A stretch of DNA of 63,921 nt, filler included, from Globobulimina sp. (GCA_003354225.1; 37 parts of 37 records of this genome joined end to end with filler, not necessarily neighbours in it), one strand, 5' to 3'. Positions 24,331 through 36,742 are shown, counted from the whole stretch's first letter. Notes: generated by a model from the letters alone, not told the origin. Program-made: numbers and translations.

Positions 24331-25868
24331 ATGGATCGATGGATTTTGAGTGAGTTACAATCGCTAATTAAATTTGTTCGAAATGGCATGAATGACTATA
24401 AATTATTTACGTTTGCTCCGAAATTAATTATCTTTATTGATTTATTATGTAATACCTATGTTAAATTAAATAATTCACGTCTTCGTGGGTTGACTGCCAA
24501 GGAAGATACAAAAGTCTCATTACAAGTTTTATATAATGTATTATTATCATTATGCCGTTTGATGTCGCCATTGTCGCCTTTTATTGTTGAAACAATGTAC
24601 TTAAATTTAAGGAATGCTTTGGATGAAAATGAACGCGAAGAATCTGTGCATTTCTTGTCCATTCCAACCGTTTATGAGCAGGCCATTGACAAAGTTATTG
24701 AGCGGCAAATTGGAAATTTAATGGAAGTGGTTAAAATTGGCAGAAATATTCGCGATAAAAACCATTTACGAAACAGTCAACCTTTGGCTGAAATGGTGGT
24801 TTACCACCAAAATAAACAATTTTTAAAAGATATTGAAACATTGAAAGAGTATGTTATGAAAGAATTGAATGTTAAGCAAGTTTCGTTTACAAATGAAGTT
24901 TCTGATTATATTCGTTTAGGCGCTCAGCCTGAGTATAAATCATTGGGTCCAAAGTTTCAACAGAAAACCGGTAAATTATGCGCAGCCATTCGGACATTGA
25001 CACATGGCGAATTAGTATTATTTTTAGAAAATGGCGAATTGGAGTTATTGGGCGAAACATTGACTAAAAATGATATTGATATCACATGGAATTTTAGTGG
25101 CGATAGAAATAAATGGGTCTGCAATACGGATGAAACAATGAATGATAATGGCAACAAAAAGAAAAAGGGAAAGAAACAAAATAAAAATAAAAAGCATGCT
25201 CAAAAACGTGAAAAAAAAACAAATAAATCAGAGGTTTTGGTGTTAATCGATAAACGTATTACAAAGGAGCTATTAAATGAAGCTGTTGCCAGAGCCATTT
25301 GTAATAATATTCAGCAATTAAAAAAAAACAATGGATTGGTGCCCGGGGATGAAGTTGTTGCATTTTATCGAGTATTGGTTGAAAGTGAAGAGAAAAAGGG
25401 AGGAGAATTAAGTCAAGTATTTGAAGAATGTAATGGATTGATTGAAAAATATACGACCACTAAATGTATTCCATTGAGATTTAAATCGAAATATGTTGGT
25501 ATTGTTGGAGAGGACATTGCAATAATTAAGAATAGCAAAGTACAAATAGTGTTGTCTGCGTGTGATGTTTATTTGAATCCAAAATCCGAGACATTAAATA
25601 AATTAAATGAGAATCAACGGGAAAATATTGAAATATATTTACAATGTCAAAATGTTTCATTACTAAAGCAAAAGTATCCAAAGAATTCAATGTTTCAATT
25701 TTGTGTCGAGCAGTGTTGGTGGAATAAGCAACATTGTATCATGTGTATACACGTTGCTATCCCACAGACGTGTGTTTTCAACAAGAAAGCCGATGACACG
25801 GTGCTGAGAGTTGTTTGGAATGGTGACTTGAGGCTCATCAGTCCCGGAGGATCGGCCTGTCGCCGCTG
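24331..25868 (+). CDS. IARS1: Cytoplasmic-type isoleucyl-tRNA synthetase, anticodon-binding and C-terminal domains, partial
   Basis: DRWILSELQSLIKFV, YVKLN..RLRG, SPLSPFIVETMYLNL, ESVHFL, ELNVKQV and LGPKF. The last ~50 codons look unrelated. Confidence 0.9.
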
Positions 25869-25973
25869 NNNNNNNNNNNNNNNNNNNNNNNNNNNNNNNN
25901 NNNNNNNNNNNNTTAATTAATTAANNNNNNNNNNNNNNNNNNNNNNNNNNNNNNNNNNNNNNNNNNNNAACAG

Positions 25974-26690
25974 GTGAAACTGTGCGGGGATAGATATGCT
26001 GAACGATACAATGCAGGTCTATGCGAAAGAAAAAATAGTACAAAAGAAAAAGTTGAGACAAACTGGCAAGTGCAGCAAACAATTTTCCAACAAACAATCC
26101 CAACAGTTTTAACCATGGAACCTCAATATGGCTGTGAAACAGAGCAAGAATATTTAGATAAATTGGATGGGTTGATTCAAGTCAACATGCCGTATGATAT
26201 TGTGATAGTATTTGGTACAGAAATTGTTTTGCGAAATCAGACAATAAAGTTATCGCCGCTGATATCTATCCCGCATCAAAAAGCTGCAGTTTCATCGCAG
26301 GCCATACAAAAAATAGATCGACGATATTATGTATTAATAAACGGCATGATTTCTCTCGATGATTGGTTACACCCTACACAGTATAGGTATGAGTCCCTGG
26401 ATGTAACCAGCAACGCATCTGCAAGCACAATATCATCAGCTGGTAGTGTTTTTTTCCCATGTAATTGTAATACACGCACTCCAGCTATTTGGGACGCCGT
26501 ATCAGCGGGATCCTCTTCCCGCACTCCTCTGCCAAGATCCAGATCTAGAAGTGATATCCATGATGGATCACCGATACATAACATAGATTTTATGTCATCT
26601 CCGTATGTAAGTCGGCATAGTCCTACTGGACCAAACTTCCCAGAAGGCGTGCTATTTTATGCAATTAGTAGACCATTAACAGACCATTAA
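25974..26690 (+). CDS. Hypothetical protein, partial
   Basis: 238-codon ORF with a Ser/Arg/Pro-rich tail. Confidence 0.4.
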   Translation: MKLCGDRYAERYNAGLCERKNSTKEKVETNWQVQQTIFQQTIPTVLTMEPQYGCETEQEYLDKLDGLIQVNMPYDIVIVFGTEIVLRNQTIKLSPLISIPHQKAAVSSQAIQKIDRRYYVLINGMISLDDWLHPTQYRYESLDVTSNASASTISSAGSVFFPCNCNTRTPAIWDAVSAGSSSRTPLPRSRSRSDIHDGSPIHNIDFMSSPYVSRHSPTGPNFPEGVLFYAISRPLTDH

Positions 26691-27369
26691 CATATTCATT
26701 AGATGAGATCAATAAAAGTTACACCTCGGGAGGCAGCACACAGTGCATTTCGCACAACTCGTCCATAGAATTGATCTAAACCTAAATATTGATGGTGGTG
26801 TAATTCCTTCAATATTCGAGATATTGGAAAAAGAAAAGTGGGGTCATACCTTTATTTTTTGTTTTGTTTAATTATTTGAAATTTTCAAATCGATAGCGTA
26901 AATATTTTTGCAATTTCCACGTACTAACATGTACTACCTTGACCATCATAAATTACCATTATCCCGACTGAATACCACAATAACTGATCACCATTGATGC
27001 ATATTATAGATGGACCAGTTATGTATCACAATAACTGTATGCTCTCTCAATAACTTATTCCATTGTTTTGAAAATAAATCCATTTACTGGTACATTACTG
27101 GAGTGCCATGTTGTTCCTAAAGGGAAAAATACTGGGAAAACAACAAATCCTTACCAAGTTAGTACAAGTCAGTACACTCAATAATGATCATGACTTCCCT
27201 GGCGTTTAAAGCTGTTTCACAAAACATAAATCACACACAAAAAGTCTATATGCCAATATGTCATCACACTGCAATTATCAAGTCAATATGTCAAATATTC
27301 ATGGTACCTAATTCAGAGGTATTTTAGATCAATTCTATGAACCAAATTGAAAAACGAGGTCCTTGTGTC

Positions 27370-27465
27370 GGTACGCATTGAAGGCGCCGTACCGTAATAA
27401 ATGCCATTGGTACGTATTGGAGGCGCCATACCATCATAAATGCCATCGGTACGCATTGGCGGCGG
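27370..27465. repeat. 39-bp tandem repeat, ~2.5 copies
   Basis: ggtacgcattgaaggcgccgtaccgtaataaatgccatt-like units start at 27370, 27409 and 27448. Confidence 0.85.
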
Positions 27466-27698
27466 CTTTGTTGACATCTTTTTTTTTTGGTATAATAAAA
27501 TGACATCTGCACCGTTGTTTGGTAGTATGTGGTGAATGTATTAACATTAAATCGATGTATTTTACATCTAAATCGGATAATGACTGCGAGATCGAGTCNN
27601 NNNNNNNNNNNNNNNNNNNNNNNNNNNNNNNNNNNNNNNNNNTTAATTAATTAANNNNNNNNNNNNNNNNNNNNNNNNNNNNNNNNNNNNNNNNNNNN

Positions 27699-27812
27699 GA
27701 CATTGATTACATCATTGATAACCCACGCCAATTTGAAGCTGAATATATCATGAGTAATAACTTCGCCTTCGGCGGCATCAACACTTCACTGATCTTTAAA
27801 AACGTCGGATAG
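27699..27812 (+). CDS. Beta-ketoacyl-ACP synthase (FabF/FabB-like) C-terminus, bacterial
   Basis: DIDYIIDNPRQFEAEYIMSNNFAFGGINTSLIFKNVG* carries the SNNFAFGG ketosynthase signature. Not in the ORF track. Confidence 0.85.
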   Translation, partial: DIDYIIDNPRQFEAEYIMSNNFAFGGINTSLIFKNVG

Positions 27813-27838
27813 GTCATCTGTACAACATTGGTTCAGCA

Positions 27839-29320
27839 CTATAGCTCGTGCTGAACCTGCAACCTTTCATCGTCGCCAGCCCATTTACCCTTAACTTTTA
27901 CAGCTACCATTATCATTAAGAACTTTAATAACCGCAGGAAGTGCTGCGGATACTTCAAGGTAAACTTCGTGTAATACCAACCAAGCCTGGGCCGTCGATA
28001 AAATGCCAGCAGCACATCGATATAATTAGCGTTTAACTCATCAATGCTCATCGAATCTGGCTCCCAGACAAAATTCATACCATTCATTTTTTCCCAATGA
28101 TCATCGCGAATATTCGTACCGTAAATATCGCGGTAAATCGATGAGCCTGGATAAGGCGTAAACTTTGTCAAATTCATAATGGTGAGTGGATGCTCCCGAA
28201 CAAAAGCCTTAGTCTGCTCAATGGTTTGTTTGTTTTCTCCAGGATAGCCGAGCATGAACAAGCCCTTGGAGCGAATACCGGCCTCATGCGCCCACTGTAA
28301 GGCTTGTATAGAGTGCTCTAGGTCAGCGGATTTCCCCATCTTCTGCAGTAATTCGTTAGAACCCGATTCCAAGCCAAAACTGATCTCCCAACAGCCGGCT
28401 TTTTTCATCATCGCAAGAACATCTTGTTTTAACACATCGACGCGCGAAGCACAGCTCCATGTGACATCCATTTTGTTATCGATAATCAACTGACACAACT
28501 CCATTGTTCGCTTACGACTTGCCGTAAACAGATCATCAACAAATAGTATGTGTTTTACACCATAGGCTTCCTGAAGATGCTGAATGAATTCAAACACCCT
28601 TTGAGGCGTATAGGCTCTTACCACATCACCAAAGGTCGATGTATCACAGAATTTACAATGAAATGGACAACCCCGCGATGCAGCAATAGAAGCAACAGGG
28701 CTTCTAGGAAAATCATAAACTGCTGGACGATAGCCCTCAGGAAAGTCTAGCAATAAATCCCAAGCAGGCATCGGCAATCTATCCAGATGCTTATCAATCG
28801 ACATCTTCGGCGTCGCGTTAATACAGATTGTGACAGCATTTTTGTCTCGGTATAACAAGCTGGGAACGGCTTTTATATCATTTCCGTCTTCCAATGCATT
28901 TAGCAATGCTACTAACACGTCCTCCCCTTCTCCAACGACAGCCAGATCAAACTCAGAAAACCGTTCCATGGTTTCTTTTCCCATTGATGAAATATGCGGA
29001 CCTCCAACAATGATAGTGATTTCAGGCTCGCGCTGCTTAACCTTACGAGCGATTTCGGACGCACTCCAAACGCCTACCGTAAACAGTGTAATGCCCAAAT
29101 ATCGTGGTTTTTCCTGCAAGACCTGATCGACAACATCGTCGACAGACAAATTGGCGATATCAGACTCAATGATACTGGGCTTGTATCCATGCTCACGCAC
29201 CATCGCAGCCAGGTGCAACAAACCTAATGAGGGTGATGCGTTAGTGATATGACGAACATACTCAAAGCTCTTTGACACTCTTTCATAGGGTGGCGTGACA
29301 AAAACAATTTTTTTATTCAT
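27839..29320 (-). CDS. Cobalamin-binding radical SAM enzyme, bacterial
   Basis: N-terminal B12-binding fold (PSLGLLHLAA, IIVGGPH, VVGEGE), SRGCPFHCKFC (CxxxCxxC), FVDDLF, GLESGS and FTPYPGS. Confidence 0.93.
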   Translation of the reverse strand: MNKKIVFVTPPYERVSKSFEYVRHITNASPSLGLLHLAAMVREHGYKPSIIESDIANLSVDDVVDQVLQEKPRYLGITLFTVGVWSASEIARKVKQREPEITIIVGGPHISSMGKETMERFSEFDLAVVGEGEDVLVALLNALEDGNDIKAVPSLLYRDKNAVTICINATPKMSIDKHLDRLPMPAWDLLLDFPEGYRPAVYDFPRSPVASIAASRGCPFHCKFCDTSTFGDVVRAYTPQRVFEFIQHLQEAYGVKHILFVDDLFTASRKRTMELCQLIIDNKMDVTWSCASRVDVLKQDVLAMMKKAGCWEISFGLESGSNELLQKMGKSADLEHSIQALQWAHEAGIRSKGLFMLGYPGENKQTIEQTKAFVREHPLTIMNLTKFTPYPGSSIYRDIYGTNIRDDHWEKMNGMNFVWEPDSMSIDELNANYIDVLLAFYRRPRLGWYYTKFTLKYPQHFLRLLKFLMIMVAVKVKGKWAGDDERLQVQHEL

Positions 29321-29840
29321 TCAATATCNNNNNNNNNNNNNNNNNNNNNNNNNNNNNNNNNNNNNNNNNNNNTTAATTAATTAANNNNNNNNNNNNNNNN
29401 NNNNNNNNNNNNNNNNNNNNNNNNNNNNCACTTTTTAATCTAAATATTCTTTTTATTTTCTTGGAGTAGCATTTTTCTTTTTTGTTTGAATTTTCTTTTT
29501 TTGTGTCTGATTCTTTTTTGTCTAATTTTGTTTGTGTTTTTTCTTACCAAAGACTAAGTTATAACATACTTAATACAACGCAAACAACGCAAACAGTTTC
29601 CAAACCGTTTCTGTATATAAAAGTAAGGGAAAATATCGTTCAGCTCTCGATCGAATAAAGAATATTAAAATTTGATTCATGGTTTTTTCTTATTGAAGCA
29701 AGTTAAATCAATATCGAGATACTGAATCTAAGTGGCATTTTGAATATAGATTTGTTACGATTGTACCAGTACGACATCACACTTACAGTGAAATCACCCT
29801 CTGAGTGAGTGGTACATGAAACAGCAAATCATCACAAATA

Positions 29841-30533
29841 TTAATGATTACTAATAATATCATCATTCGATGTCACACTCACCACATTGCCAACATCTTT
29901 CACACTCATTGCCAATCTATATTTGACATCTTTACCACTGACAAGATCACCACATAATATTTTCTTCACTGTCATATTTTTGACACATTCCAATTGCAAC
30001 TTATCCAAATTTAGAATGAATTCGATTGTATCTCCCTCAACACACGAAAATCCGGGATAACCTTTTCCTCGCTTATCAATTCCGAGCCAGCCATTGCCCA
30101 AATTATAAAAATATGAATGTTGGGCATCAAAATCTATGCCTGTATTCTGGTGATGTGAGTTAGATATTAGACCAATACCAATATCGTTGGTTTTTGTACC
30201 AATCTTTATATTCCATGAATATATATTTTTACTGTTTGAGTCTATCCATCGTTGACCATATGCGGAATGGTTCCATCCACAGCTATCAATTTTAGTGATT
30301 GTGTTGCTATCCCAGCCAGAACTTACCAATTTATCTGACATATGCATTTGAAGAAATGTTGTATCAATGTTATAAAACAATAAACATGTAATTGTGATCA
30401 AATCAGGAATCACATAAAATATATTATTGCCATGCGCACATAATAACTCATTCTCCACTTCACGAATATATCCGAATGCCAGTTGTTTATGCTTGTCATG
30501 AATCTGTTTGAGGCGGTTGAAATCAAACGACAT
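29841..30533 (-). CDS. SPRY/B30.2-like beta-sandwich protein
   Basis: N-terminal FGYIRE..IPDLITITCLLFY motif, then YSWNIKI, IGIGLI, GDTIEFILNLD and YRLAMS. Confidence 0.65.
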   Translation of the reverse strand: MSFDFNRLKQIHDKHKQLAFGYIREVENELLCAHGNNIFYVIPDLITITCLLFYNIDTTFLQMHMSDKLVSSGWDSNTITKIDSCGWNHSAYGQRWIDSNSKNIYSWNIKIGTKTNDIGIGLISNSHHQNTGIDFDAQHSYFYNLGNGWLGIDKRGKGYPGFSCVEGDTIEFILNLDKLQLECVKNMTVKKILCGDLVSGKDVKYRLAMSVKDVGNVVSVTSNDDIISNH

Positions 30534-30670
30534 GATCCGTGTAAAGAGGAGTTTTTACTTGGAATTGTCTATGTTTATAAGCGTTAGAATAAAATTAATT
30601 TGGAAAAGTTATTTATTATAAATTTTACAAGACTAACGAGAAAAAATGAATGTTAGCTATAAATAAATAT

Positions 30671-31058
30671 TTATCGACCAACTTTACCAAGATTTGGATT
30701 CGTTTTTGGATTTGCCGTAAACCGTTGTAAAAAGGTCACAATTTCGTTTAACTGATTTTGCGATTGCCTCACATCTAAAACATATAACACGCGCAACATA
30801 ATCGCGGCCGCATCCACATATTTATTGCCAGTGCTAAATCCTAAATAATTGGCCATATGGCCATTGACGCCATAAAATTTTATAATATCATCAATCTGCG
30901 AGATACTATTCCATGGATCGTGTAACTGACCATATCGTTTCCTCAACATATCCTTATCGCGTTTAAATATACTTCGCTGATCGGCTGCCGCCTGCTTATA
31001 ATCATCGCTATCATGGCTATTTATGGCCGACTCGTAATTTGAAATGGACGACAAACTA
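30671..31058 (-). CDS. RTRAF: RTRAF/CGI-99 (tRNA-splicing ligase complex subunit) C-terminus, partial
   Basis: LGFSTGNKYVDAAAIMLRVLYV.DVRQSQNQLNEIV..LQ.FTANPKTNPNLGKVGR* matches the conserved C-terminus. Confidence 0.85.
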
Positions 31059-31380
31059 NNNNNNNNNNNNNNNNNNNNNNNNNNNNNNNNNNNNNNNNNN
31101 NNTTAATTAATTAANNNNNNNNNNNNNNNNNNNNNNNNNNNNNNNNNNNNNNNNNNNNCATTCAATCAACCATTTTGGTAATACGTCTGTTAGGCCAACG
31201 GAACAGCGCCCCAATCAATGAGTAACTACGCATTCAGGGCAATCGTGCGGCTCCATTTCAGCCTGTGGTTTGTCACATTCACGGTAATCCCGGCGTTCAC
31301 CATCCTCACAATAGCCCGGGCCATCAAACGCTGCATCTCAAGATGGAGGTGAGAACAGAAATGGTCTGGGAGTCCCTGTA

Positions 31381-32788
31381 TTATCCCTTTGAGACCAGCT
31401 TGCTGCACATTGAGCTTAGCAGGCTCTCAACATGTAACATATTCGCAAAATGCTGTGTGACATCATGCGTTTTACTTTGTTTCCAGTATAACATCTTTGT
31501 GATTTGAATAATCTGAAACAAATTCGAATGATCAAAATAATGTTTTTTATCTTTAAAGCTATTTAAATCCGATTCATTTATATTGAATATAATAATATTA
31601 AATAGCCGTTTTACATGAAGTATCCAAATATTCCATAAATTGTTATTTTTCTTCTTTTTCTTCTTTTTGGAACATTCAAATTGTTGAATATGATTATATG
31701 ACTTTTGCAGTGAACATAACAACTTATGAACATGTGATAAAAATATGTTATCATTACTGGTCTCATTGATATTATTTAATATTATATTTAATGATTGTTT
31801 GTTTTTATTTGATTTGAATAAAACAGATAAAGGAGACAAAACATAGAGATCCCCATATTTATTATCAATAAAACAGATTTGAATGATTTCATTCCAATCT
31901 AATGCCATAATATAGGAAGATATAAATATGGTCACCGACGAAACAATAAAATGATGAATAAACGAGTGAATATCGGCAATATTTTGTAAAAATGAAGTCA
32001 ATGAACGTACAGAATTAATATGAATTAAATTTCCTTTCAGACACCAAATACAAACATTATTTGTAATGCACTGACAGTTTAAGAATAATATTTTATTATT
32101 TATCGACAGTTTACCGTTTGCTAAAATATATTTATAATTTGACCAAATCGAATTGAATAAGTCGTAAATATATTGCATCATCTCTGCATTTTTGCAGTTG
32201 ACGCCAATTCGTAATAAAAATGGCGATTTTAATTTAATATCTTTATGCGAATGACATCCATAACCAAATATGTCATATACATTACAATTCTTATAATCGT
32301 AAATATTTTTATAAATAAAAGCATCGATCACAAATTCAGACAAAAGTTTATTATATCTCATATTACATCTGTTCACCGCTGGAAATAATAAATATGATGG
32401 AATATTATTACATATTAATTTATTATAATAATTCAAAACAAGTTCATGTTCATGTTCCCTAAAACCAACATTTGAGACAACATCTTTCCAACATTTTGCA
32501 GCTTCAGCAATAAAATTTGACCCTTGATCCTCTGCGTCGTTCTTCTGTCTTTTATGATAAATAATAGTGGATAAACCATACAAAACCACAGAGCCATAAT
32601 CTTTATACAAATAAAAATCGCTGTCATCATAATTTGTACCCATATAATTGCACGAGGACCAATATGAAAACAATAATTTCTGCTGCAAATAATCCGTATT
32701 TGGTATATTTGCTATCTTCTTTAGCATCGTAGCCAGAATGCGTTCTCTTTGATGTTGCATACCAAACGACAGAGCACTTAGCATTCTT
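31381..32788 (-). CDS. Hypothetical AT-rich eukaryotic protein, partial
   Basis: 467-codon ORF; the 3' end runs into GC-richer, apparently unrelated sequence. Confidence 0.55.
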
Positions 32789-33425
32789 NNNNNNNNNNNN
32801 NNNNNNNNNNNNNNNNNNNNNNNNNNNNNNNNTTAATTAATTAANNNNNNNNNNNNNNNNNNNNNNNNNNNNNNNNNNNNNNNNNNNNTCAGTTAACGTT
32901 AATATTGAGGATACGTTGGAATCTCCGGGAAGACAATTATCAAAACATTATGTTTCTGGTTATGGGATACCACGTGAACGGAAACTAAAATTCGAATCAA
33001 GTAAAAACAATAAAACAGAAATTCAAGAATACGACAATTTGAAGTTGGAATCGGTTGGAAGCGATGAAGCATTGGATCAAGGCACTGATTTCCCACAGAA
33101 CAGAAAGAATAACACACAATTAATATTTGAACATGTTTCCTCCGATCTGTCTCTTTTAGAAATAGAGGTTGTTCCTAGGCCTTCTCCACTGTTACAACCA
33201 CATTCAGCAAATACAAATACAAATACCATACCACTTCTTAATTCCAAATCTAACACAAATGTGCTCTCACGATTGTGCCGTTTATGTCAATGTTTGCGAT
33301 TTTGATATATGTGATGCGTTTTTGCGCATTATTTAAAATACCCATGCAATAATTATAAAAAATTTGCAAAATCATAAATTTGCAGTTGTTCAATACCATA
33401 CATTTTCAGGGTTGCAGTAGTAACT

Positions 33426-34436
33426 ATGTGTAAAACACACAAAGCATGGTCCTGGAGATTATTCTCAACAAACAAACATTCTCAACAAAATGAGATTAAC
33501 ATTGCAATTCAACAAATATCAGAATTGTGCAGAACAGCCAGCAATCAACACAGATGGAATAAAATGGAGATAAAATCACTGATCAATAAATCATTTGAAA
33601 TTTATTGTAATATAAACGAATTAAACGATGCATTGCTGAATTCAATGTTAAATATTGGTAGTAAATATTTTCTGAATTTGAAACAAAGTCAATATCTGTG
33701 GAAGGATATTTTATTAATATCTCAAAAACAAGAAAATAATATTAACTATCTACTGATTATTGAATGTTATCTTAAAATAAATGAGATCAATAAATGTATT
33801 CAAACATTGCAATGGTTCAAACATTATAATTACAAATTGGACAAAGGAAAGGAGCGCAGAGAATACTCGAAGAATATCTCTTTATTGATAAGAAAATGTA
33901 AAAATATCGAGAAAATAAAAGAGATTCACCATTTAATTAGTTATCATGAATGCGGATATGACGATATATTCATTTCAACTGCATTGATTAATGCATATTT
34001 TGAGTATAGATCTATGCACAGTGCGTTAAATATATTTTATTCATTAAATGAAAACAAAAAAGACAGCCATATCATCAGTGCAATGATGAAAGGTTTGATT
34101 CAAACTAATAACAATAAAGAGGCAGTCTCATTGTATTTTGAATATGAATCATTGAATGACAATATTTGTCATACAATGGCTCTCACAGCATCTAAAAATT
34201 TAAATGATTTCGAAAATGGGAACATTATCGCTAAAAAAATAAGAAATATAAATGATAATCATATTAAAAGCGTATTAATTGATTTCTATGCTCATTTTAA
34301 TGATATTATGAATGCAGAAAAGGTATTTACATCAATTTATGTCTCTGAATGTTTAAACATTATTTGCATAAATACAATGATTACAGCATATATTAATAAT
34401 AGACCTTTGGAATTTATCCGGTCGAATTCGCCTTGA
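33426..34436 (+). CDS. Pentatricopeptide-repeat (PPR) protein
   Basis: DIFISTALINAY, IISAMMKGL..N.EAVSLY, IKSVLIDFYAHF.DI.NAEKVF and CINTMITAY repeats; organelle-targeting-like N-terminus. Confidence 0.8.
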   Translation: MCKTHKAWSWRLFSTNKHSQQNEINIAIQQISELCRTASNQHRWNKMEIKSLINKSFEIYCNINELNDALLNSMLNIGSKYFLNLKQSQYLWKDILLISQKQENNINYLLIIECYLKINEINKCIQTLQWFKHYNYKLDKGKERREYSKNISLLIRKCKNIEKIKEIHHLISYHECGYDDIFISTALINAYFEYRSMHSALNIFYSLNENKKDSHIISAMMKGLIQTNNNKEAVSLYFEYESLNDNICHTMALTASKNLNDFENGNIIAKKIRNINDNHIKSVLIDFYAHFNDIMNAEKVFTSIYVSECLNIICINTMITAYINNRPLEFIRSNSP

Positions 34437-34650
34437 GTTCGAGTGCTTGGAACCTATGGTGGAGTATATATGATCTCTAAAGGGGTTTGTATGCAAATAT
34501 ATTTCTCTACATCGAGTCNNNNNNNNNNNNNNNNNNNNNNNNNNNNNNNNNNNNNNNNNNNNTTAATTAATTAANNNNNNNNNNNNNNNNNNNNNNNNNN
34601 NNNNNNNNNNNNNNNNNNTTTCTAACGTTATACTCTCAGATATATTCACC

Positions 34651-36248
34651 ATGGGCAACAATCAAAGCACAGGGCATGGTGTGAAAAAAAAGAAATCATT
34701 ATCCATTCATGATCAGTCACATAATATCATCATAAAAGAAAACAAATTCAAAATTCACATTGCTCTCGATTTTGGAACTGATGGCTGTGGTATGTTTCAT
34801 TTTTAGAGCCATATTATAAACGTGAGTCATATTAATTTCATTAATACAATAACGCAGCACTGGCATTTGCCTATAATGACACTGTTACCGTGTACGATAA
34901 ATGGATGACAAAGAAACGAAAACGTGCCGTTAAAGCAAAGACACAAATATTATTGAATGAGAAAAACGATATTGTGGCATTTGGTGATAATGCTAAAATA
35001 GTGTATGCTTTGTTATTTCAACTGAGAGACATGTACATAAAATATATAATGCACCATATTCATAAATAGATATTCGAGTCTAACTGGACAAGCAAAAAGA
35101 GAATGGAAATTTTTCGAAAGATTTAAAATGGAGCTTTACGGTTTGTGTATGCATATTTGTTTACACTTCACACAACAAACACATATCATGTTGACATTAG
35201 ATAATAGCGCAGGTTGTGACGTGTACAGTAAAGTTTTTATTCAGACATTTCGTCATATTCAGGAAATTGCAATGGAGTATGTTGATAATATCACAAAAGC
35301 CGATGGTGAAGAACATATCACTGATGAATATGTCCAATGGATTGTAACTGTGCCAGCTATTTGGAAGGAATCGGCAAAGAAACAAATGAAACAATGGATG
35401 ATTGAAGCAAACATAATTAATCCCTCGATTAAAGACCAATGTCTCATTGTATTTGAGCCTGATTGTGCTGCTCTTTGTATTGCAGAGGAATATAGAAAGA
35501 AACAATTATCAGTTATTAATTTTATATCGTATGTATACATGTATTGTATATATATATATAAATAAATATATTTTTTATATAGGCTGCAGAATCGGATAAA
35601 ATCACAAAACATTATATTCGTAAACATAACTTAAAAAGTGTATATGGTTTAGATGAAATTTGCAATTTAATTTTACGATATGTTGGGATTGGGAATGAAT
35701 TCGCGGAAAGTTATATGCTTATTGATGCAGGCGGCGGTACAGTGGATATTGTTTGCCATAAAGTGGTGGATGATGGCTTGGAGGAAATTCATTATCCAAT
35801 GGGTTCAGATTGGGGTGGATGTGAAATAGATGATAATTATATGAAGTGGTTGAAGGACGTATTTGGTGAGAAAGTAGTCACTGATTTCCAGCAAAAATCA
35901 CCAAATCATTATGCCGAAATAATTGATTATTTTCAAAGTGCGAAAAAGAAATTTTATAAAAAGAAGAAAGCTGCAAAGAAATATGCTATACAATTGCCAC
36001 AAGAATTTATGCAACATTTGCAGGATAATTTTGATGTTAAATCATTAAACATAGAATATGATTATGTCGAATTATCAGATGACGGATTAATAGTAGGCAC
36101 TGCTAAATGGATACAATGGTTTGATGCTTTAATTAATAAAATAATATCTTACGTTAAGGATGAGCAATCTTCGTTGAATGACATATTGTTAGGCAATGAT
36201 TGTGGATATATGTATTTAGTTGGTGGCTTAGCATGTTCTAAATATTTT
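34651..36248 (+). CDS. HSPA12-like atypical Hsp70, multi-exon, 3' partial
   Basis: IALDFGTDGC, FERFKMELY, WIVTVPAIW, FEPDCAAL, LIDAGGGTVDI, WGGCEID and YLVGGLA; short introns (e.g. 34790-34857). Confidence 0.88.
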
Positions 36249-36742
36249 NNNNNNNNNNNNNNNNNNNNNNNNNNNNNNNNNNNNNNNNNNNNTTAATTAA
36301 TTAANNNNNNNNNNNNNNNNNNNNNNNNNNNNNNNNNNNNNNNNNNNNGCTAGGACTGAGGAGTAGCTGTTAAGTTATTTGTATATTGTATATTGTATAT
36401 TATTATTTGTATATATTTATTGTATACGATGTACACTGTATATTGTATATAATTCTAATGTATACTGTATATAATGATATTTAGTATGTAGTCTTTGCAG
36501 CATTCGTTTAAGATCTAAATTGTTTGTACAGTATATTTAGAAGGATAAAATAACAAAAAACATAAACTACACTGACATGTATAAAAATATGGGAACAATT
36601 AATGTACGTATCGAAAGGAAACACATTGGATAAACCAGCAAACCTAACACACAAAACAAACACAAAACAAAACATAAAATAAAAAACAAATCTAAAACAC
36701 ACAACCACATTAAAATCATATCTATATTGTTGTATTAATTAT

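Noticed and set aside
27370-27465. Possible CRISPR array
   Set aside because: Units are contiguous with no unique spacers and no cas genes.
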